IMG/VR virus record: IMGVR_UViG_3300011006_000010
Span: 54,569 to 118,568 of that record
DNA length: 64,000 bases
Strand: one strand, 5' to 3'
Source of the DNA: a virus
Lineage: Duplodnaviria > Caudoviricetes
In this document: piece after piece, positions 49,524-57,656 of the stretch
Layout of the letters: every line of letters starts with the position of its first letter
Position numbering within the stretch: position 1 is the first letter of the stretch
Made by a program: the position numbers and the translations under genes
Notes under the pieces: generated by a model
Database searches by the model: none
The model's input: the letters and a program-made list of their open reading frames with translations, nothing else
What the model was told of the DNA's origin: nothing

Positions 49524-49572
49524 AATTTTTCACCCCTACTCCTTAAATATTATATCATGTGATTGAAGTTTT

Positions 49573-49935
49573 CTAAAAAATATTAACAGTATTCTCCTTT
49601 TCGCTTTCCTTCATAGGATTTACATTTCTTGGGAATGCTTCTTTCCATTTTACATTTCCAATTCTCTTTTCCCACAGATCAAATTGAGAATAACGCTTAA
49701 TCAATCTATAATAACCAACAACATCGCCTAAGCTATAACGATTGCTCGTTTCTCTAAGCATCTGATTATATAATTCATTAACTAATGTTGAATACTCAAA
49801 GTCATTCATCAAGTTAGCCCAACAAGGAACGCCTAAGGCAGTTTTCTCAAAATCACGACGCTTGTCACTCTTATTATAATAGCATCCATTGCAATGTCTT
49901 CTTTCGCATTCTCTCTTTGCTTCTGTTTTGTTCAT
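49573..49935 (-). CDS. Hypothetical protein
   Basis: AAGGAGG RBS. Confidence 0.55.
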   Translation of the reverse strand: MNKTEAKRECERRHCNGCYYNKSDKRRDFEKTALGVPCWANLMNDFEYSTLVNELYNQMLRETSNRYSLGDVVGYYRLIKRYSQFDLWEKRIGNVKWKEAFPRNVNPMKESEKENTVNIF

Positions 49936-50066
49936 ACAACGCCCTCCTTATATGTCCATATTACACATTCTGATTTTTAAAAATTGATGACTGAGTTTTA
50001 AAAATTTATCATTCTAATTTACCACCCAGTCATCAATCACTACATTTATGTACGTATTACACCTTT

Positions 50067-50095
50067 ATTATACACAAATAAAACTAGGTTTTCAA
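50067..50095 (-). promoter_or_regulatory. sigmaA promoter with an operator-like motif at the start site (50049-50063)
   Basis: TTGAAA...TGTGTATAAT followed by GGTGTAATACGTACA. Confidence 0.6.
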
Positions 50096-50201
50096 ACCTT
50101 TTCTTAAATTATTTAAGATTTCTTTCTTAAGACTTCTTTCTTTCACCAATCCCTTGAACATTTCAAGCACCTCATCCCCAGAAATTTCAAACGCCTATTT
50201 A

Positions 50202-50552
50202 CTATTTTAATCCATATGATTTGAACATTACTTCATAAGTATTTACTCTTTCAAGTTCTGTTGCATCATCATGTTCATCTTCAAAGAACATTTGAAATTT
50301 ATATCCCTGCGCATTTAGAATCTTTGCAATTTGAGACACTTTCAATAACTGCAAAGCAAACTTCTCTGTCTCTTCAATGCTGCCAGCAGAATCCTGTTTC
50401 CAAACAATTGTAAATTCTACGTCTCCAATAGAATCATCATACTCATATTCATTGCTAGCATGTACTTCTAAAGACATATTAGTGTGGTGTAAGATAGTAG
50501 CTAAAGCCTCTTTCATTGCGATTAAATTTTTCTGATTTAAAATCTTTCCCAT
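50202..50552 (-). CDS. Hypothetical early protein
   Basis: GGGAG RBS. Confidence 0.55.
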   Translation of the reverse strand: MGKILNQKNLIAMKEALATILHHTNMSLEVHASNEYEYDDSIGDVEFTIVWKQDSAGSIEETEKFALQLLKVSQIAKILNAQGYKFQMFFEDEHDDATELERVNTYEVMFKSYGLK

Positions 50553-50562
50553 AATCTTCTCC

Positions 50563-50754
50563 CTAATTTTCCATATTCCCTAAAAATAATTCACGAATGC
50601 GAGATTCCAAATCCGCATAATCAGTTCCATAAATATTAGAAGCAAAATCATCATCCTCTTTTTCTGGATTTTCAATTACAATTTCCTTTACTTCAAGAAA
50701 GTCTTCAAATGTTTCAATAATACTTCCAATCAATTCATTTAATCCTGTTTTCAT
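50563..50754 (-). CDS. Small acidic early protein
   Basis: Start MKTGLN after AGGAGG. Confidence 0.55.
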   Translation of the reverse strand: MKTGLNELIGSIIETFEDFLEVKEIVIENPEKEDDDFASNIYGTDYADLESRIRELFLGNMEN

Positions 50755-50767
50755 TTTTCTTTCCTCC

Positions 50768-51067
50768 TTAAAACTTTTCAAAATAGAACTTACTGCAAGC
50801 ATCGTCTGTTGAATAATATTCTGTTCTTAACATTTCAACTTCAACTTCTACACTTACTACACATTTTTTAACTACTACTTCCATTGTCTTTTTGCAAACT
50901 TCAGGTGACATTACTTCAACCCATTGAGCACCATCTACAAAATCGTAACTCTTCAAATATCTGCCACAATTATCCATTGGCGTTGTGTCACAATGGAAAT
51001 CGCAATCATGTCTTCCAAAAAATGCTGTTTTTTCTTTAATGTATTCTTTATATGTTGTAGTTGTCAT
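50768..51067 (-). CDS. Hypothetical early protein
   Basis: GGAGGAG RBS. Confidence 0.55.
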   Translation of the reverse strand: MTTTTYKEYIKEKTAFFGRHDCDFHCDTTPMDNCGRYLKSYDFVDGAQWVEVMSPEVCKKTMEVVVKKCVVSVEVEVEMLRTEYYSTDDACSKFYFEKF

Positions 51068-51078
51068 TTCTTCTCCTC

Positions 51079-51339
51079 CTATTTCATTGCTTCGCCCATT
51101 GCTTTTAAATCTTTCAACGTATAACCGCTACCAGGAGCTGTGCTTAATACAAAACGGTCACCTTTAAATAAATTATTCCAACTTTCATATGCACCAAGTG
51201 AAGACGACCACTCTCTTTTAATAACAACATCCGTGCCTTCAAGAACTCTTTCGTAAATCTGATTGTTTTCATCTCTTTTAATAATCCATTTCATTTCTTC
51301 AACTCCTTTGCTATATCCGTTTTTTACCAAGATTTCCAT
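51079..51339 (-). CDS. Hypothetical early protein
   Basis: ORF; start uncertain. Confidence 0.5.
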   Translation of the reverse strand: MEILVKNGYSKGVEEMKWIIKRDENNQIYERVLEGTDVVIKREWSSSLGAYESWNNLFKGDRFVLSTAPGSGYTLKDLKAMGEAMK

Positions 51340-51358
51340 TTCCTGTTTTCCATTTTTC

Positions 51359-52033
51359 CTACTTCAAGATACAATCTTCATCAAAAACTTTTTCGTTGGC
51401 GATAACCACGTAAAGCCCTTTCTTACATTTTCTTACAGTTCTATTGTAATTTTCGCCTTCAATTTCTACCTCAACAGACGTTCCTTTTTCAAACATTTTT
51501 GATTTGTACTTGATCCCAAACTCAGATTCATTACACAGAATTTCAAAATACTTGCCATTAACTTTCTTTTTTCCAAAATGATTGTCAGGATAGAACCAAT
51601 TTCCTTTTCTAACACCGTAATCACGTACTTCACATCCGTCCTCAACCCATCTACATTTCAATTTTTCTGGCTTGATTTCTACTTTTTTCTCTCTTGGTTT
51701 TCTTGGCTCCCTGCTAGCGATGATCTCATCAACATTTAATGACTTAAGCCCATCAACATCTACAGAGTAGAAATACGTAACATTGTAATGTTTGCCCGTG
51801 TGATGCCATGAAGAAAGCGTTAATAAATTATCTTTCATCTCTTCGACAGTAAGCTTTGCAATTTCTTCTAAATCCAGATCTAAATCATAATCATATACAA
51901 TATCCAAAATCGAATCCATAATTTTTGCCTTAGTCCATTTGCTCAGAGGCTTTTCGCCATTACCATAAGCTTCTGCTGCTCTAACGCTCATACTTCTACC
52001 AACATAACCCTTATTCACGTTCCACATTTTCAA
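51359..52033 (-). CDS. Hypothetical early protein
   Basis: AAAGGAG RBS; 'GYVGRSMSVRA..AY..GEKPLSKW','SSWHHT'. Confidence 0.6.
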   Translation of the reverse strand: MKMWNVNKGYVGRSMSVRAAEAYGNGEKPLSKWTKAKIMDSILDIVYDYDLDLDLEEIAKLTVEEMKDNLLTLSSWHHTGKHYNVTYFYSVDVDGLKSLNVDEIIASREPRKPREKKVEIKPEKLKCRWVEDGCEVRDYGVRKGNWFYPDNHFGKKKVNGKYFEILCNESEFGIKYKSKMFEKGTSVEVEIEGENYNRTVRKCKKGLYVVIANEKVFDEDCILK

Positions 52034-52051
52034 TTTTCTCCTTTCTAATTT

Positions 52052-52507
52052 CTAAAATTCATAATCATAATAATAATCTGCATGTCCAAAAGATACGTTC
52101 GCTCTGTTATATTTGGTCTGCTTCCCTTTTTCCTTGATTTTATCAATATCAAATCCTGCAAGTACGACTCTCACTTTGAAATCGAAATCTTCATCAATTC
52201 CTTTGATATCGTCAATAGTTAATGTTTTAGTGAAGCACCAATACTTTCCACGTTTTGTCATTTCTAAAATTGGATTTTCTTCATTGCTGAACAGAACCCA
52301 GTTGTTGTCGAAATGAAAGTCGCCAACATGCTCATGATCAAGTTCTCTTACCTTGACATGTTTCTGATCTTTCACTTCAACCACTTCGTAAGCACGTCTA
52401 TCAGTATACAAATATTCTGTCATACCTGTTCCAACTTTGATTTCGTCAACCAGATTTTTATTTTCTTCCAATCTATTAAAGAAACTGCCATACCATTCTT
52501 TTGCCAT
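52052..52507 (-). CDS. Hypothetical early protein
   Basis: AAAGGAG RBS; 'VGTGMT..LYTDR.AYEV'. Confidence 0.6.
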   Translation of the reverse strand: MAKEWYGSFFNRLEENKNLVDEIKVGTGMTEYLYTDRRAYEVVEVKDQKHVKVRELDHEHVGDFHFDNNWVLFSNEENPILEMTKRGKYWCFTKTLTIDDIKGIDEDFDFKVRVVLAGFDIDKIKEKGKQTKYNRANVSFGHADYYYDYEF

Positions 52508-52555
52508 ATTTAAATTCTCCTTTCTTATTTACAAAAGTTTGTTAATGAAATTTGT

Positions 52556-53074
52556 TTAACGAATTCTCTTTAAGGCTCCGCCACAACCACCACCATGCAC
52601 GAATTCATTAGGATATCTAATCAATTTGCACATTCTGTTTCTGCCAAGCTCATATCCACACTTTTCACAAACGACAGCGTATTTTGTTTTTGGCTGAGCG
52701 ATTCCAAATTCTTCTGAGCTTGATGTTCTTGTAATCTTGATTTCTGGATATCTGTTCATAATTTTTCTAGCATCCTTTTTCCAATTCCCACCATGATGTT
52801 CTCCTGGATTAGCAGCATGAAGAATCTCGTGGATGATAGTTGACTTTACTGCATTCAGATCAGAATCATCACCAAGAATAGATTTACTGATTTCGATAGC
52901 ACAACAAATTACGTATTTCTGATTTTTATTATCGTATTCCCAATGATACTTGCATGCTCCCCAACGGCTTGTAGCTCTGCTATTAACCGTTACGCTCTTG
53001 ATAGGTACAGGAGTGATTCCACAGTTGACCACCATTTCATAACATTCATCATAAAGCATTTTTAAATTCTTCAT
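52556..53074 (-). CDS. SprT-like zinc metalloprotease
   Basis: 'RWGAC','HEILH','HHGGNWK','CEKCG'. Confidence 0.75.
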   Translation of the reverse strand: MKNLKMLYDECYEMVVNCGITPVPIKSVTVNSRATSRWGACKYHWEYDNKNQKYVICCAIEISKSILGDDSDLNAVKSTIIHEILHAANPGEHHGGNWKKDARKIMNRYPEIKITRTSSSEEFGIAQPKTKYAVVCEKCGYELGRNRMCKLIRYPNEFVHGGGCGGALKRIR

Positions 53075-53077
53075 TTT

Positions 53078-53347
53078 CTAATCTCCTTTTCTAATTTCTT
53101 TAAGAATCCCTAAATCATCATAGAACTTAATCAGATCTTTATATACAAATTCATTAATCAAATCTACATAGAACGTGCCAACAATTCCGTTATAATCGAA
53201 ATCAATAATTCTCAATTTTCTGAATTTCTCAGGAAGAGTATCCGATTCAGAAGCACAGATTACTCTTTTTGAGAAATTGTCATAGATGCTGACATAGATT
53301 TTGATACCTGTGTCAAGAAATTTTCCAATCGTCATTTTTATCACCAA
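53078..53347 (-). CDS. Hypothetical early protein
   Basis: Operon context. Confidence 0.5.
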   Translation of the reverse strand: MVIKMTIGKFLDTGIKIYVSIYDNFSKRVICASESDTLPEKFRKLRIIDFDYNGIVGTFYVDLINEFVYKDLIKFYDDLGILKEIRKGD

Positions 53348-53628
53348 TATCTATCAACGATGATGAATCTATCCTTGCACCATAAGACATCCCATTCATC
53401 ATCTTCTTCAATTGCACGAATGCATTCGTCTAAATCATCTTTATCATATTCATCATGAAATCCTGCAAATTTCAACAGACCCTTGGCGTCTACGGCTGTG
53501 AATGCCCCAAAGTCATCCACTCGATATTCTTCACAATCCCAATCGAGAATGTAATTTTCAATTTCCTTGACTTCATCTTCTGAAAAACCACATCCTCTTA
53601 AGTATTTTTTAACGTTTTCTAATTTCAT
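53341..53628 (-). CDS. Hypothetical acidic protein
   Basis: Start MKLENV after GAGGAGG; the longer track ORF runs into the ncRNA unit. Confidence 0.55.
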   Translation of the reverse strand: MKLENVKKYLRGCGFSEDEVKEIENYILDWDCEEYRVDDFGAFTAVDAKGLLKFAGFHDEYDKDDLDECIRAIEEDDEWDVLWCKDRFIIVDRYW

Positions 53629-53688
53629 GGACAATTCCTCCTCTTTTTTCATTTGTTTAAAAATATTGACGTAGCTATATGTTTTTTT

Positions 53689-53851
53689 GAAAATCAACAA
53701 ACTTGGTGTCTTCCTTTACTGCTGTGAAGCAAATTTCTGAAAGAAATTTGCCTGGATGCCCGTCATCGCGCGACGGGCATAATTCTTCTTCCACGAAGTC
53801 TTGAAGAAGAATTATTGTTTATCTCTTTTCAAATATCCGACACTGGATTTC
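53689..53851 (-). ncRNA. RT-associated structured ncRNA unit A
   Basis: Conserved 40-nt motif, three perfect hairpins (53729-53751, 53756-53780, 53781-53813) and closing stem AACAA/TTGTT; homologous to units B and C. Confidence 0.7.
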
Positions 53852-53863
53852 AAATTCTAAATT

Positions 53864-54478
53864 CTAATATTCTTCAAATACATACACCACTTTCATATGG
53901 AATGCAGATTCAATATCATCGATCATCTGAGTTGTGGTCAGCGAAATCAAATCTTTAGCAAGACTATTCAACTCAACGTTCATGATTTCAGCCACTTCTG
54001 AATAGATCTGTTCAATTCTTGCGTAAATCTCTTCTTCTAAGGCTAACGGGGTTGAGCAAAGAAGAGTCTTCTTTCCATTTACAATCACCAATTCAGAATC
54101 ATAATCGCTTGAAAATTTCCATACTCCATAGTTAATTGCATCTTTTAAAGAATTGAATGTGTTTACTTTGCTCTGTTCATTTCCAGAGACAACATATGAA
54201 TACATTCTGACATTTGGAAACGCATCTTCATCTTTGATTTCTGAATAACTTAAACATTCTACAATTCCATATTTTTTCAAATCATCAACTGTACAATGAC
54301 CTCTGCTGATTGCAAAACGTTCAATTGCCCTTTTTGCAAATTTGATATTGTCGTTATACATTTCCTCGGCAACTGCCTTGATAAAAATATCAAATGCGTC
54401 TTCCCATTCATTAGTTTCTGTAACATAAGGAAGTGTCTCGCCGTCCATATACCAATCTACTCTCCATCTAATTCCCAT
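53864..54478 (-). CDS. Hypothetical early protein
   Basis: AGGAGG RBS. Confidence 0.6.
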   Translation of the reverse strand: MGIRWRVDWYMDGETLPYVTETNEWEDAFDIFIKAVAEEMYNDNIKFAKRAIERFAISRGHCTVDDLKKYGIVECLSYSEIKDEDAFPNVRMYSYVVSGNEQSKVNTFNSLKDAINYGVWKFSSDYDSELVIVNGKKTLLCSTPLALEEEIYARIEQIYSEVAEIMNVELNSLAKDLISLTTTQMIDDIESAFHMKVVYVFEEY

Positions 54479-54496
54479 TTTTCGTTCCTCCTTTTT

Positions 54497-54811
54497 TTAG
54501 AAAATCCAATTCAAATTTTTAAATAATCCGTATTCTTCAGCTTCTTCATATGTATAGCAATCAGCGCAACCGTTTCCTTTAACGGTTCTTTCTCTGATGG
54601 CTTTCTTTAAATCATCGAGTTTTGTATATTCAACACTTTCTTCAGAACACACTCCCCTTCCATCGTCATACCAAAAATTAGTTGTATAAGTGTAATCACC
54701 GATTCTTGAGGACTTCTCTTTCCAATAATTTCTGTAAATTGTAAATCCCTCATACGTTTCTAATTCCTCACTTTTGTACTCAAAGCCTGAGATATGCCAA
54801 GTACAAATCAT
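54497..54811 (-). CDS. Hypothetical early protein
   Basis: Operon context. Confidence 0.55.
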   Translation of the reverse strand: MICTWHISGFEYKSEELETYEGFTIYRNYWKEKSSRIGDYTYTTNFWYDDGRGVCSEESVEYTKLDDLKKAIRERTVKGNGCADCYTYEEAEEYGLFKNLNWIF

Positions 54812-55201
54812 TTAACTCACCACCTTGTAGAATTTTAATTTTCTAGTTTTATAGATTTCGTCTTCCAATTTTCCAATTTTCATAACATAAATTTCTTTAT
54901 AGTTCTTTTTGCTTTCTTCAAGTCTAATTTCGATAAATGGCTTATGGTCAACTCCATAGTCACGGATGCCAAACCAATATTCATCCAACAATTCATCATG
55001 ATCAGCATCATGTTTAAAACTGCTCCAATCAATAAATAAATCACTTGCATAGTTTTCGCATAAAGCTCCAACCCTCTGAATGAGATGGGTGAGAATACTA
55101 TGTGTGTTCCCATCATAATAAGCAGTGTGCGAGATTTCATTCTCGACCCTAGTAAGTTCAGTCTCTTTTACCAATTCCAATTTCAAATCTTCAAGTTTCA
55201 T
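54812..55201 (-). CDS. Hypothetical early protein
   Basis: AAGGAG RBS. Confidence 0.55.
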   Translation of the reverse strand: MKLEDLKLELVKETELTRVENEISHTAYYDGNTHSILTHLIQRVGALCENYASDLFIDWSSFKHDADHDELLDEYWFGIRDYGVDHKPFIEIRLEESKKNYKEIYVMKIGKLEDEIYKTRKLKFYKVVS

Positions 55202-55219
55202 AAATTCATCTCTCCTTTT

Positions 55220-55528
55220 CTATTCGTAATATCCAAGCATTTCTTTTAATAAAGCCGTCGTATAAGGAAAATCAAATTCATAATTGTCAAGTTCTTGTAA
55301 TTCTGAATACAAAAGCTGAATCGGATATGTTTCAGAATCTACTGATTCGATCCTGCTTGGCTTAACCTCTTCAATAAATTCTAATAATTGAAGAACCTCA
55401 TCGGGATTTGGGCTTAATCTACGAATCATCGGTGTCGAGGTGTCAATGATGTAATACTCGTCACCGTACATCTCGACCAAAAGATATTCGTCCATTTCAA
55501 AGATGGTGCTCATTTTAATAGTAGTCAT
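55220..55528 (-). CDS. Hypothetical acidic protein
   Basis: Probable start MTTIKM after GAGGAAGG. Confidence 0.5.
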   Translation of the reverse strand: MTTIKMSTIFEMDEYLLVEMYGDEYYIIDTSTPMIRRLSPNPDEVLQLLEFIEEVKPSRIESVDSETYPIQLLYSELQELDNYEFDFPYTTALLKEMLGYYE

Positions 55529-55619
55529 TTTTTCTTTCCTTCCTCGCTCTGCATTTTCATAAGGACTTGCGACCTTCATTGGTTGCATTAAGGAAGTGGA
55601 AATCCACTTTCCATTTTTC

Positions 55620-55753
55620 AAAAATCAGCAAGCACGGTGTCTTTCTATACTGTAGTGAAATTAATAAATGTCATTTATCAATTTTCAAATTTCAAATTAT
55701 TAGACCGCTATGGCGTGTCTAATAATTTGGCTCGCTCTCTTTTTATAGATTCT
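55620..55753 (-). ncRNA. RT-associated structured ncRNA unit B
   Basis: Conserved motif, hairpins 55657-55686 and 55693-55729, closing stem AGCAAGC/GCTCGCT. Confidence 0.65.
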
Positions 55754-55755
55754 TA

Positions 55756-55925
55756 GAAAATCAACGAATGCGATACCTTTCTATAATGATTTGATGCAAA
55801 TTTCTGAAAGAAATTTGCCAGCTGGATCTAGGATCCAGGCTGCCTCCTTATATTCAGGAGAGCTGTGGAATACAGCTCACCTGAATATAAATTCGCCTTT
55901 TTTCTAAATCTCGGTACTAGATTCT
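55756..55925 (-). ncRNA. RT-associated structured ncRNA unit C
   Basis: Conserved motif, hairpins 55796-55818, 55822-55838, 55848-55890, closing stem AACGAAT/ATTCGCC. Confidence 0.7.
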
Positions 55926-55960
55926 ATTTTTTAAAAGTTCAACACTAACTTATTGAATTC

Positions 55961-57016
55961 TTACTGTTTTTCGATCAGGTTCTTGAATTCATAATAGAGT
56001 TTGTATTCTTCTTCTTTTCTTAAAAGCTCATCCAAATGTTCATCTAATGCAGCCAACTTTACTTTCACATTCGTCTGATAATTCTTATAGACTTTTGCTC
56101 TCTCTGTGTTGATGATGTAATCTCTATAGGCAACGTATGTAAGGAAGACTTTCATACGCTGAACGTATTTATTTGAGATTTTCATACCGTAAATTGGTTT
56201 ACGATATTTTACATATTCACGGACGTTGCACTCAGAAATGTAGCGTCTGGCAATGATTTCATAATTATATGTTCCCTTTGGATAATCCACACTATCACCA
56301 TGAAGAACATTCACATAACAAGAGTCGTCACGACGGTAATGATTTTTGTCACAATGAATTACAAATTTCTCAAGTTCATCATTCATAACGTCCTTAAACC
56401 ATTCATCACTAAAGATTTTCTTTTTCATTCTTTTGAAATACTCGTCTTCAAAACTTCTCTTACTGTTGACGTAGCAATAAAGAGAATCCAAATTCTTCAT
56501 CACAACATTATTAGGGTTGTCTTTTCTAAATGCATCTTCAAATTTCTGATTTTTCATATTTTCGTATTTGTAGAACATACGGCAATATTTGAGTTCGTCG
56601 TTTGTGAGGTGTACATTTCTATAAGAAGTAAAATCTCTAAAGTCTACAATGAATTCAGAGAGGTCTTCGTCTGTGCTTAACAAAATGGCTTTTACTCTTT
56701 CATTTTTTGGCAAATCCTTCAAATGGTTATTAGGTGTACGTGTTACACATCCGAAGATAATCTTATATTCATCATCTTTAATCTTGTCTTCAATGAAGAT
56801 TTTTGCTACGAAATCATTAACCACTTCAAAACGATCGCTCGTCGCCCAACTCAAATAACGAGTTTCAAATTCCGTAGGATTGTCACATGCAACTAAAGTT
56901 GTAAAGCCTGGATGGTAAATCAAATAATGTACAGTGTCATATGCTGTTTCATGTAATACGATAATGCCTAATACGTTTGCAAATCTAACAACTGTCCCAA
57001 CTTTTAAAATGTTCAT
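55961..57016 (-). CDS. Hypothetical 351-aa protein between the RT operon and the ncRNA units
   Basis: AAGGAG RBS; no recognisable motif. Confidence 0.6.
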   Translation of the reverse strand: MNILKVGTVVRFANVLGIIVLHETAYDTVHYLIYHPGFTTLVACDNPTEFETRYLSWATSDRFEVVNDFVAKIFIEDKIKDDEYKIIFGCVTRTPNNHLKDLPKNERVKAILLSTDEDLSEFIVDFRDFTSYRNVHLTNDELKYCRMFYKYENMKNQKFEDAFRKDNPNNVVMKNLDSLYCYVNSKRSFEDEYFKRMKKKIFSDEWFKDVMNDELEKFVIHCDKNHYRRDDSCYVNVLHGDSVDYPKGTYNYEIIARRYISECNVREYVKYRKPIYGMKISNKYVQRMKVFLTYVAYRDYIINTERAKVYKNYQTNVKVKLAALDEHLDELLRKEEEYKLYYEFKNLIEKQ

Positions 57017-57052
57017 CTTATTTTCTCCTTTTTTCTTTTTAATTTTTGATTT

Positions 57053-57208
57053 TTACATTTTTGCTAACTGTGAACGGATTTCGTCAATCTGACTGTTTAA
57101 ACGACTATCTTCCTCGAAATCTCTTGCATCCCATCTATCCTTCATCTGAAGAATAAATTCTGCCGTTTCTAATTCATCTAACTTGTTTTCTAATTCTGCT
57201 TTGGTCAT
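57053..57208 (-). CDS. 51-aa coiled-coil peptide (not in the ORF track)
   Basis: MTKAELENKLDELETAEFILQMKDRWDARDFEEDSRLNSQIDEIRSQLAKM*; AAAGGAG RBS. Confidence 0.55.
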   Translation of the reverse strand: MTKAELENKLDELETAEFILQMKDRWDARDFEEDSRLNSQIDEIRSQLAKM

Positions 57209-57209
57209 A

Positions 57210-57656
57210 TTATCTCTCCTTTCTATATACCCAATGTTTTAAAACAACAAACTCTCTTCTGTCACGATTCTGATAGAAGAATCCATTTCCGAAATCCAAT
57301 TTTCCAAGTTTTCCAAGACACATCAGATAGGCTTCCAACTGTACTTCAGCGAACCATCTGTCTTCTGCATATACCAACTCAGAATCGCATTTCTCATTTT
57401 CAGGTTTGTAAACAAAGATTGGAAACTTTCTATCATTTCCGTTTGACTCATAATAGATTTCAAATAACATTTCTGCAGTACCCCAAGGGTCATCGAACAG
57501 ATCATCAATATAATAATTCTGTAAATCTGTTTCACTGATCAGGTCGTCATCTTCTTCAAAATCCCTTTCTCCAACCTTCATCACCCCTTTCTCAAAGTTG
57601 AATTTATAATTCTTGTGATTTCTAACTGCTGTTAACAATTCACTATAAAGACTCAA
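57210..57656 (-). CDS. RT-associated accessory protein (148 aa)
   Basis: Overlaps the RT 3' end by 14 nt; TTG start with GGGAG upstream. Confidence 0.6.
   Translation of the reverse strand: MSLYSELLTAVRNHKNYKFNFEKGVMKVGERDFEEDDDLISETDLQNYYIDDLFDDPWGTAEMLFEIYYESNGNDRKFPIFVYKPENEKCDSELVYAEDRWFAEVQLEAYLMCLGKLGKLDFGNGFFYQNRDRREFVVLKHWVYRKER

Noticed and set aside
55529-55621. N-terminal extensions of track ORFs 55220-55621 and 53341-53700
   Set aside because: Better RBS-linked ATGs lie downstream (55528 and 53628), and the extensions run into structured non-coding sequence.
53689-55925. CRISPR array or simple terminators
   Set aside because: No identical repeat-spacer periodicity and no cas genes. 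The hairpins lack consistent U tails and are enclosed by covarying stems.
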